Positions 53,976 through 64,000 of a DNA stretch of 64,000 nt are shown here, one piece after another; the stretch's first letter is position 1, and each line of letters opens with the position of its first letter. Source of the stretch: Podarcis gaigeae (lineage: Eukaryota); assembly GCA_964106915.2 (NCBI GenBank), contig OZ066919.1. The stretch is one strand, 5' to 3'. The translations under genes were made by a program, and so were the position numbers. Below the pieces are notes generated by a model. That model ran no database searches and had not been told where the DNA came from. It saw only the letters and a program-made list of their open reading frames with translations.

Positions 53976-54954
53976 CTGTTAATAAAAAAGATACAGCATT
54001 CACTGGTATAGTGTTTCATGCTTTTCACTAAGGGCAGAAAGTTCCAGGGCAGCTTTATGGAATGGTTTGTTTGAGAGCAATGAGGGCTAGGGGAAAATGG
54101 TGTTTTAAGATGTTTGCTTTTATACAGGGTGAGTGGGTAGTTAGCAGATAGGCCCTTCTTCAAGGACTCCCACCAAATGAGGTGTGTGTGTGTGGGGGGG
54201 GGGGTGTTATAAGTGAAATTGAAACCCTGGTTGTGGAATGTACTACCAGATTGGTTTGCCTGGGCCTTAATGTTCCATTGCCACAATTTTATTATTTTCC
54301 TTTAGCGCTTAAATGTTACTCTTTGCTCTTTGTATTTTTTCTGAATTTGGAATTTGTTTGAACGCTGCTTCAAATTTTATTACTTTATATGAATGTTATT
54401 TTTAACCTGTTTGTTTTTTATTATGTAAACTTGGGCACAACTCCTACTGCAGAAGAATATAGATATGTACAAGTGTAAGCCCTCCTTGCATGATGTTATG
54501 ATGTGGGTCTTCTGGAAAATGTTGAATTGGAAAACCAGGGCAATTTGCCTTGGAAAATTTTCAGTCTGCACTGGAAATTTTTCTGATGCCCTAGAGAGTG
54601 GCTTAATTTAGGTTGTTTACTTTAGTTGTATGTTGCAAACAAAGCTAAAAACTTTGGAGGGGCTAAGGTTGCCTAATATTTTATTTGCAATTGTTATCCA
54701 TCTGTTGTTTCCAGTAAACCTAGGAATCAGAATTTTTTCAATGGAAAAAGAAAGCGCTGGGAAATATTCTGCTCCACATCACTACACTCCATACCCTCTT
54801 TTTGTGACAGGGACACTGTATGTGCATAAAGGCATACAGATGTACAAATATACACGGAGTTCTAAGGGACCACATACAAGAGTTGCTCTTACAACTTTTC
54901 CCATGTAGAACCTGCATACTAGGGACTTAGTATTGGAAACCTAATGAATAATCC

Positions 54955-55101
54955 CAGTGGCGTAGCGTGGGTTGTCAGCACCCAGGGCAAGGCAAGTAAT
55001 TTGTGCCCCCTAACCCGTGGATTTGCGCCCCCTAACCCTAACCCCCAGATGTTGCGGCCAGTGCGGCCGGCCCCCCCTGCACCCCCCACGCTACGCCACT
55101 G
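54955..55101. mobile_element. hAT MITE, same family as 17552-17676
   Basis: Same TIRs; 8-bp TSD AATAATCC. Confidence 0.92.
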
Positions 55102-55129
55102 AATAATCCATTCACTAGGGTATCCCTAT

Positions 55130-55515
55130 CAATCAAAATGGAAAACTACATTATACGAAAAGCTAAAAGCCTGAGGGTTTTGTCACAAGCACTGATAGCT
55201 GCAGGTTACGAGAAAGCCAGAGCAACAATTCGCCAACGAATCTGGGACGTAGAATTTCAGTGTCATGTGAGTGAGATGAATAAACACCCAGAAATCAAAG
55301 ACAATAGGAGAGGTTTTACCCCAGCAATATATCTGTCAAAATTACAAATATCTAAATAGAGACGTTCGTTCACCCTTGCTAGATTCAATGCGCTGCCATC
55401 TGCCTTATTGCAGAGCAGATATATGGGTAAACTGTTTGCAGAGTGAGTCTGCCTCTGTGGCCTGATAGAGGTAGAAACCGTGTGTCATGTCTTGCTATGA
55501 TATCGTTTTTATAAC
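55130..55515 (+). mobile_element. Non-LTR retrotransposon 3' fragment with Cys/His knuckle (RTEX-like)
   Basis: RRSFTLARFNALPS...CLCG..EVETVCHVLL; similar fragment on minus at about 35750-35990. Confidence 0.55.
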
Positions 55516-55781
55516 ATCTAGCCTGGAGTTCAAGAGAACTTGAAAGCTTGTTCCCTATTCTACAACGGTTTGGTTGACCCTAATAAAGGTATTGCCCAAC
55601 TTTAGATTTTGATATATTTCAAAACAAAGTCATAACTGTTCCTATGGCTTATATTATACGTACCTCAATTAGCTCATATTTGCTAAGTCTTTTCTTCTCA
55701 TATTGCTTCATAACATCGAGTTTTACCAGTACTCTCTGGACCATGTTTATTCTTCATTCCCTAGGGCAAAGTTCTTTTTTC

Positions 55782-55783
55782 GA

Positions 55784-55821
<38 letters not shown>
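55782..55821 (+). repeat. (GAAA)n microsatellite
   Basis: Direct reading. Confidence 0.95.
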
Positions 55822-55822
<1 letters not shown>

Positions 55823-56567
55823 GGAAAAAGTAGCAAGAATGAATCTGCTGCTATTGCTTGGCAGAGATTGGGAGTGGTGCACAACCTTTGTAACAACGTA
55901 AAAATGTAATTCAGAGATGGGGAAAATAGGGACCAGAACAGGAAGTGTTTAAGCTTTTAAATAAATAAATATCTGCTTATGTTACATGTTTTCCTTTTTG
56001 CTCACAGTTGCATAGAAACTGTTTGATCTGCGGGATTGCTCTGAAAGTTTTTCCTTGTTCTATATATGAATGGTTTGCTTAGAGGTAAGTCTGTGTTCAC
56101 CGGGGGAATTACTCATAAGTGCTCATAAGACATCAGCCTTAAAACTGCTATTGCAGCCCTGCTCTGACTGGTCAAAGGAGCAGCAACACAACAAGAAGTG
56201 GGAAACAGCTAGACTGACCAATGTTTTGGCTTTTTAAAAATCTACACACTGTCTGCTATGAAAGTCACAGAGAAAATGGTGGCCTTCATTATGCAATGTA
56301 GGATACAAGAGATTTTATCTCTCCTGAAAAAGTAGTTACTGTAGTTGTTTTGTTAAATGTATATTCAAATACCAGAAATTTAACCTGCTTTTTTCCAGTT
56401 TTACTGAAAGCTTCCACCCCCCTTTTTTAAATAAGATTCTCTTACAGAATGACAGAAAGCTTCTATTTTTTATTCATATTCCTCTCGGAGTTCAGGATTT
56501 CATTGTATTTAGCAAAAAGAAAAGAAAGGCTGAATCAGTATGTTTTACACATCTTTCAGTTAAAGTA

Positions 56568-56785
56568 CATTGGTACCTTGGGTTACAAATGCTTCAGGTT
56601 ACAGACTCCGCTAACCCAGAAATAGCACCTCGGGTTAAGAACTTCAGGATGAGAACAGAAATTGTGCAGCAGTGGCGTGGCAGCGGGAGGCCCCATTAGC
56701 TAAAGTGGTACCTCTGGTTAAGAACAGTTTCAGGTTAAGAATGGACCTCCAGAACGAATTAAGTTCTTAACCCGAGGTACCGCTG
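56568..56785. mobile_element. Tc1/mariner-type MITE
   Basis: Same TIR family, TA TSD. Confidence 0.9.
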
Positions 56786-57038
56786 TAACCTATTTTGAAA
56801 TAACACACAATTTTTTCCTGATAAGAGTAAAATGTTTTCAACTGATATTACTAAAGAAAATGCTTAAGATTTTAATATATTGTGGTACAGACTGAGAGAT
56901 GAGTTTGAAAGAGATCACTCAATGATCCCATAAACTCAGTGACTCTTGACTGTAAAAGAACAATGATTAGCAGGAGTATAGAAACCAGTCTGATAAGATC
57001 TTCCCCCAAATCCTATACTAACTGCCTCCATATACTGT

Positions 57039-57393
57039 AGGTAAAGGTAAAGGGACCCTTGACCATTAGGTCCAGTCGTGACCGACTCTGGGGTTGCGGT
57101 GCTCATCTCGCTTTATTGGCCGAGGGAGCCAGCGTACAGCTTCCGGGTCATGTGGCCAGCATGACTAAACCACTTCTGGCGAACCAGAGCAGCACACAGA
57201 AACACTGTTTACCTTCCCGCTGAAGCAGTACCTATTTATCTACTTGCACTTTGACGTGCTTTCACACTGTTAGGTTGGCAGGAGCAGGGACCGAGCAATG
57301 GGAGCTCACCCCATCACGGGGATTCGAACCGCCAACCTTCTGATCAGCAAGTCCTAGGCTCTGTGGTTTAATCCACAGCATCACCCGTGTCCC
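57039..57393 (-). mobile_element. Sauria SINE (Squam1)
   Basis: Full body and tail as in the other copies. Confidence 0.94.
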
Positions 57394-58887
57394 ATTGTAA
57401 CTAAAGAGATTGCCAAATACAGGTGAAGAAACTAAATTATCTGGAAGATATGTGTTTCTTTTTGTTCCCCCTCTTTTCAGCTGCAGGTAATGTCACTGTG
57501 TGTGTGTCTCTGTGTGAAAGAGAACAAAAGACTTGGGCAGTCTGGACATGAAAAAGGTAGAGACTTGGCTTGCCATCTACTGTGAATCAAGTCATACAGC
57601 ATTTGGGAGACCCCTAGAAATCTAATGGGGGGAAGCAAGATATATTGGAATATATTATTGTTGTGAGACTTCCTTCTCATGCTAGATGTATACTGTACAT
57701 CAGTAAATAAAACTTACATCACAGAACCTTTACCATTCTGCAATGGCCTTCAGTCCAAGGCCACCAAACTCAAGGCTCGTGTTCAGAGGACACCTGAAAC
57801 CTCTCACTGCTTAATAATTGGGACACATGTAATAAAATGTTTAAGCAGACTAAAGCCGCTTCCTAATGCTTATTCTTGCTGCTAAGCCTGTTGTTTCCCA
57901 TGATATAATACAAGTTGTTGTCCACTTGTCCATAGACTCTTTCAGGAAAAAAGCAGATTGGCAAGGAAAAAAGCAGATTGGTTTGAACCCGAGGTTCAAA
58001 CCTAAAAGGACTCTGAAATTGGTTCTTTTTAATACCTACATAATTAAGAAACAGAAAGGCTGCAAACAATCTCTGCTTTCTCAAGGTGATCTTCATTCCA
58101 GAGGCTCATAGGATTTGCGGACCAGATAACATGTTAGCCTCTTGGGCATCTATTCCAGTTCCCCAGCGTGAGAAATTCCAGTAGTAGAGACTGGTGAAAA
58201 ACAAGAACCAAAAAAGAAAAGAAAAAGAAAGTACCACAACCAAGTATGTGAATTGAGTGAGATGCAAGGAGCCTAAGGCACTGAATTCTTCCTTGACTTT
58301 TAAGGACAGTCATTCATATGCAGAGTCAAGAAAGATTCCTTGAAGCTCAAATTCCTTTGATCCTCAGTGCCTTGAGGCCAGGCCAAGATCAAAGGCCATG
58401 ATGGCCTTGCAAGTTAGGAGAACATTCTCGGAAGAAAGGAAATGCCCCAGGAATCTATGGAGCAAGGTGCAACAGAATCAAGAGGGGATTCTTTACCTGC
58501 TGTGCCTCCATATAGGCCTTCTGTGACAAACCCCCAAGTGTTCTCTGAAGGTTGGATTCTAATAGAACCTCTCTAAATCCATTATGTCATCATCATCTGT
58601 GACTAGCCCAGCTTCAGAAGAAGCACACTTCCATTCTAACAAATATCACCTGACTAGAAATGAATAGGTTAGAAACTTTTTAACTTCCAGAGTTAATGTT
58701 GAATGCATTACTTCCAGCAAATGAGCCACCGTAGCTGCTAGAGGGCTGTGAAAATTTGTGTCCCAAGCTTTTTAGACCCACCTACCCATGTACTATACGA
58801 AACCCAAGTGCTGCATTGGTTGCCAGATGTGAAATATATTGGCATTATTTTCAGCTCTTCTACCCCATTACAAAGCAGAAGTGATTA

Positions 58888-59055
58888 CCATATTTTTCTG
58901 TGTATAACACACCCCTATGTATAAGACGCCCTCTATTTTTTGGGACTCAAAATTAAGAAAATGCACTATGCACTATCTGTGTATATAAGATGACCCCTTA
59001 TTTTAAACTTCAAAAATTTAGGAAAAAACATAGTCTTATACATGGAAAAATATGG
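58888..59055. mobile_element. pogo/Tigger-like MITE
   Basis: TIRs CCATATTTTTCTGTGTATAA / TTATACATGGAAAAATATGG, TA TSD. Confidence 0.8.
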
Positions 59056-59194
59056 TATGTTTAGCAAGTTTTTTGTTTTGTTTTTTACAAAGCTGATCTA
59101 CAGCCTTTTCCATTGAGATAAATAGGGTGTTAATGCATGCAGCTTGCCAGTAAATGATGTCTGTAATAACACAGGACTAAACACATTCAGATAC

Positions 59195-59196
<2 letters not shown>

Positions 59197-59238
<42 letters not shown>
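59197..59238 (+). repeat. (CA)21 microsatellite
   Basis: Direct reading. Confidence 0.97.
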
Positions 59239-59242
<4 letters not shown>

Positions 59243-59692
59243 TTTTTGTGAACAAAAACCCATGTACACTGTTAGGTTTAAAAATCACATTTGTTTATAT
59301 TTTGCAGCTATTTACCTATGCTTGAAAAGCATTCCAAGTTGCAGTTTCCAACATTAAAATCCCATTGCACCCTTCTGCCTTTCTGGTCACCATTTTAGAA
59401 ACATGTTAAATCCTAACCCTGACCCCAATATGCCCCAATGTTCTTTCTAACCTACTAAAGGTATTTATTTTGTTAATGGAAGTAAGCAACAATAAAAACT
59501 TTACTACTCGGGTGAATTGTTTTTCTCTGTCCACAACCACTACTGTGGGTAGAACATAGTACAAAACTCAATACCCTTCTTGTTAATCTGGTTTTGAAAA
59601 TACATTCAAGTGGGTTAAATTTAACCATCAGAAAAGGCAGTAGACTCATGATTGCAACTGAAAGGAATTAAAATGTTTATTGATACACATTG

Positions 59693-59695
<3 letters not shown>

Positions 59696-59729
<34 letters not shown>
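59696..59729 (+). repeat. (TG)17 microsatellite
   Basis: Direct reading. Confidence 0.97.
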
Positions 59730-59733
<4 letters not shown>

Positions 59734-60453
59734 CATCTGCAACAAATGTGGTGAGGTTGCTATGCAACCGCTTGCCAAGGCCACAAGGGATGAGGGTACG
59801 GGGAGGCCAATATAGCTCCTTACCAAGGGCAGAAGGGAGCCTAGGTACCACCTCTGCTTCCAAGAGCAGAACCAGCTCTTCCACTCACAGAAAGGCCTTT
59901 GTCTCAGAAACTGACGTCATTGCCACCTGTCTTGCTATGGCTTCCTCATCTGCTGTGCTGCTGTTTGATGTCCTTCTTAAGTTCTTATCAAATAAGATTG
60001 GATTTCATATCCTTGTTATTTACTGATGACACTTTCCTCATCCTCAGACCAGCTATCGATGTCCTATTCAGACAGCAAAAATTACACTGAATCAAAAGTC
60101 AGCTTCACCATTTCTCAAAGGTTGCACAGAGCTGGACTTTTCCATTTTGGGTTGTCATGGAATCAGCCATATCCGGTGGTTCTTTGAGTGTTTGCAGAGA
60201 CAGATTAATATCTAGTAGTATGGAACACCAGTTGCAGGTATCCTCGTGGAAGAGAAGAGCAATGATCGGTTTGAATAAAGAGTTGACTATCTAGAAACAC
60301 CCTAGTAGAACCAAGGCTGGACAATTTTGATATGAATACTGCTGAAAACTTGCCTTGGTACAGATAATTAGAGAAAATTGCCCTGACAAAATGCTTAACT
60401 TTTAATTCACTGTTTTCAAACCCTAAAAGATTAGAAACCTTGACAGCTTACGG

Positions 60454-60721
60454 TATGGGTAGACAAACTAAGGCCCGGGGGCTGGATCTGGCCCAATCGC
60501 CTTCTCAATCCAGCCTGCAGACGGTCTGGGAATCAGCGTGTTTTTACTTGAGTAGAATGTCTCCTTTTATTTAAAATGCATCTCTGGGTTATTTGTGAGG
60601 CCTGCCTGGTGTTTTTACATGAGTAGAATGTGTGCTTCTATTAAAAATGCATCTCTGGGTTATTTGTGGGGCATAGGAATTTGTTCACACACACTCCCCA
60701 ATATAGTCCAGCTGACCCCTG
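60454..60721. mobile_element. hAT non-autonomous element with internal tandem duplication
   Basis: Ends TATGGGTAGACAAACT / GCTGACCCCTG; near-TSD GCTTACGG/GCTTAGGG; internal unit of about 70 bp present twice. Confidence 0.75.
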
Positions 60722-61869
60722 GCTTAGGGCATGCTATAAATGCAATATTGTGCTCGCTGCAGTTCTCCAGGCAGTAAGAGTTCCAGGGCTGCAGCATTTA
60801 CTCTGCTTTCATTACTTTTGGAAGGCAATCTCTAGAGATGTACTGGCATAATATTTGGTTTATTTACAAATACACAGGTTGAGCATAGATGGAAAAATAG
60901 CTCAAGCACACAACAGACAACCAGAACCCACCATATCAAATCTCCAGCAGCCAAGGATTTATACAGAACCCCAACTCAGCTTATTTCCTCTTACTTAAAC
61001 TGCAGTCTATTTTTTTGTTCCCTTTCAGACAGAGATAAGCTGCCCTCATCCCTAGCTTGACTTCTTAGTTCCCATTGAGACAGGTTGCTGGGATATCAAT
61101 GCTATCAACATCCTTTTGATAAACTTAAGCAAATGGCCAGGTGTTACCCCAGAAAGGAACCCACACTTCACAGAAATCTGATAGGAAACCCGTAACTAAA
61201 ATTACCTTAGAACCAGGCTTCAAGGAGGTGGGAGGGGTTAGGAGAAAGGAGGCAGATTTTTTTTTTTTAAAGAGCTGTGGGTTTTCCTACACTGACTCAT
61301 ACAGAGTAGAATTTTCTTAAACTAGAAACAATATGCTGTTCTCAAATTATTGGTAATGTAGGTCACCAACTGCTTCTCTTCCCCCCTCTCAGTTGATTCA
61401 TGCAGCAGTGAATTCTGAATAAGATACATTAGGGAAGAAGGAAAGTTTTATTCTGCAACTATTAGTAATGAAATCAAGTTAAGCGTGGAACTGGGACACA
61501 TGGCCTGATGGAGAATAAGGTAAATCTATCAATATCTTCAAGACAATTGATAAGCCTGAACTATGTGGGGTTGTTTTCCAAATCTTTGTTAGCAGGGTTA
61601 AACTACAGTGTATCACAGCTTTTTTTGACTATGCTGTTAATAGGTGGGTGTACATATTTTCTACAGCAGTTAAAAATTATTAGCATTTGACTGTTATAAA
61701 ATTTCAGAGCATGCAATGTTAAGATGTTTTGTGCTAAGCTGGTATAATAGAGATGGTCTTGATCTTCCCATAGACATCGGTTCTTCCTGTTTGACAGGCT
61801 TATCCCTTTTTTATCACCTGCCTCTGTTAAGATATTGCTTTTAATCTTTCCCTTGCTTTATTCTACGTA

Positions 61870-62100
61870 CAGTGGTACCTCAGGTTAAGTACTTAATTCA
61901 TTCCAGAGGTCTGTTCTTAACCTGAAACTGTTCTTAACCTGAAGCACCACTTTAGCTAATGGGGCCTCCTGCTGCCGGAGCACGATTTCTGTTCTCATCC
62001 TGAAGCAAAGTTCTTAACCTGAGGTACTATTTCTGGGTTAGCGGAGTCTGTAACCTGAAGCATATGTAACCTGAAGTGTATGTAACCCGTGGTACCACTG
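61870..62100. mobile_element. Tc1/mariner-type MITE, reverse orientation
   Basis: Same TIR family, TA TSD. Confidence 0.92.
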
Positions 62101-62854
62101 TACACACATCTACACTAGAGTTCTTTAGGATATAGATCCCTCCTCTGACAGATGAGGTGAAGCATGTACTAGTGCTGAAGCATTCTATTTTAAGATTAAA
62201 TATTATTTAGATAAAGGTTACATGCCCTCTTGCTGTCCCTAGCTATCAGAGATGGTTCCTGTTCTTGTTACCTATCCTGTAGGTAACCTTGTAAATCACT
62301 GTTCCTATTTTGTCCCTGGCTTTGCTCGTTGGGGATGCCTTGCTTTTGTCAGTGTGAGCTGCTTGAATTCTGTTTTTTTTTCAGAGTTCTGCTCTTCCAA
62401 CCGGGTTCTCTGCAAGCGAGATCTCTTGTGGAGAGTGTTAGCAGGACTGTTTGTGTCCCTAATCACACATCAGAGAAACATGCGCATCTACAGATGTAGC
62501 TTCAGAAGCAAGATATCTAGGGATCTTTTATCCAGAGTCGTTGCACGTCACTGGGGACACTGCACTGCAACTTTAAATCTCTTTAATTAAATGGGGGGAA
62601 TCAACAAGGGACACTGAATCCCCATTTCAAAGTTCCAAGAGAAAACCTGCATTTAATTACAGCACTAAAACAGCATTTGAGAGTAGGATAGTTTTATGTC
62701 CTCACTCCTGAATTACAAAATTCAGTGTGTACGGAATAATAAAGTGGTTCAAGTAAAATTGTACAAAGACTACCCAAACCTAGGCTGCTTAAAGAGCAGC
62801 TTACGTTTAACTGTTTGCTATGATAAAAACAGGAATAGAGGTAGGGAATCTTAC

Positions 62855-63596
62855 TGTTGCAGTTGCACCTCCTAATAGCTGGTACAGCAGGATTAGAGGT
62901 GAGATGGACACCATTGCTAGAGACAGGATGAACTTTAAACTAAGTTTATTGGTTTATTAAAGGGGTGCATAAGGAAATACTGGTATTTTCACTAGGGTCT
63001 TAAAGGTGCATGTTACTGCCTCCCTTCTCCTGATGTTCACCAGACAAACAAGACAGTGGGTATTAATATTTAGCCCTCATCTTTCTTTGGAAACCCTCAC
63101 ACCTCCCTCATGGGCTCCCTTCTCCTGAAACTCCTCCAGCTGTAAAATCTCAACTGTCTGAAAGCTGCCTCCAATACTTATGAAAATGACCTTTCATGGT
63201 GTACTATGGTCAGGTCAAACCTACATTTAACTTGGAATCCAAAGAAATGAAGCAAAGAACCACTCAACTTCTTCCACAATACCAAAGGAGTTTGGAGGTG
63301 GGATGATGGGTTTGCGGGGAGGTCAAAGTTAAGCATTGAGTTGCTCTTTCCACCCCAGCGTTGTTGTCAGCCTTGCTGATGTGGTCCAAAGGAAAGCAGA
63401 GCAATACATTTGGCACCAGCTGGGCTGCAGGAGTTGCTGGAAGGAGATGTGCAAGGTGCCATCCAACCCTCTTAGGGACTCTACTCCAGATTTGTGTAGG
63501 GTTTACTCCTTAGCCTTTTCTTATCCTGAAGATATGCTGCAAGGTCTCTCCTAGATGGGCTACCTTCCCATCTGTCCCTCACTTCCCTCTACAACA
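62855..63596 (-). mobile_element. Old solo LTR-like element (742 bp)
   Basis: TGTTGCAG...CTACAACA inverted termini (7/8); TTTAAGAC box then AATAAA on minus as in the 45675 LTR; no TSD recognisable. Confidence 0.6.
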
Positions 63597-63915
63597 TGTG
63601 CAAAAAAGCCTTCTTGACCACTGGACCCACTATTTGTCTCATCCACTCAATCTGCTGGAGCCAGTCTTCACTTGCAAAGGAAGTTCTTAACTTACCGAGG
63701 GTCTGAGGCCCATCAACTACTCTCACCTGGTTTAGCCAGCCAGTCAAAGTCATTCCTGTGTTGTGGGCACCGCCGCATGCCGAAAGCTTCTAGGAGCCAC
63801 AGGTGAAAGCTGAGTGCAGAGTGGGGACCAAAGGTGGACAAACTACCCCAGAAAGGTACGTCCCCCACCAGAGGTACTACCAGTGCTATTTTTCTAGAAA
63901 AAGAGGTGCCAGAAC

Positions 63916-63985
63916 CAGTGCTTTTTCTGGGGGGTACTCAAGGGTATGCAGTACCAGCACTTTTTCTCCTGGAAGAAAAGCACTG
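63916..63985. mobile_element. 70-bp hAT MITE nested in another hAT end starting at 63881
   Basis: CAGTGCTTTT / AAAAGCACTG; near-TSD GCCAGAAC/GCTGGAAC. Confidence 0.75.
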
Positions 63986-64000
63986 GCTGGAACTCACCAT

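Noticed and set aside
55986-56059. Candidate upstream C1orf141 exon
   Set aside because: AG/GT bounded and phase-compatible, but no start codon or clear homology; not supportable without transcripts
60749-61171. Another possible solo LTR (minus-strand TATA- and AATAAA-like motifs, TG...CA ends)
   Set aside because: No TSD and weak terminal repeats; boundaries cannot be supported
60157-62590. Possible IL23R 5' exons (short ORF with GTATCCTC donor at 60238; strong acceptor at 62384)
   Set aside because: No cytokine-receptor or signal-peptide similarity, and joining the two sites gives an early stop. IL23R is expected only from synteny.

Overview
Vertebrate genomic DNA, inferred to be from a squamate and most likely a lacertid lizard, because it carries Sauria/Squam1, Squam2-like and Squam3-like SINEs. 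The window is the conserved MIER1 (+) / SLC35D1 (-) / C1orf141 (-) block. It contains the last nine coding exons of MIER1 (ELM2-SANT region to the beta C-terminus, stop at 12249) and a complete 12-exon SLC35D1 (1083 nt CDS, 360 aa, CpG-island promoter at about 38.7-39.9 kb). It also contains at least eight phase-compatible exons of an enlarged C1orf141-like gene whose start codon I could not place. The rest is dense in TEs: Tc1/mariner-pogo and hAT MITEs with intact TSDs, SINEs, CR1/L2/RTE/Penelope fragments and solo LTRs. The most striking observation is a young 764-bp solo LTR (45675-46438, TSD CTTGC) almost filled by an intact 198-aa ORF that is acidic and low-complexity with a C-terminal TP + Arg-rich motif. 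Two older LTR-like elements (42696-43281, 62855-63596) show CpG-decayed versions of a similar [S/T]P + Arg-rich motif at a comparable position, which suggests a class of LTR-encoded accessory proteins. Gene and TE family calls come from manual translation and recalled sequences, not database searches.
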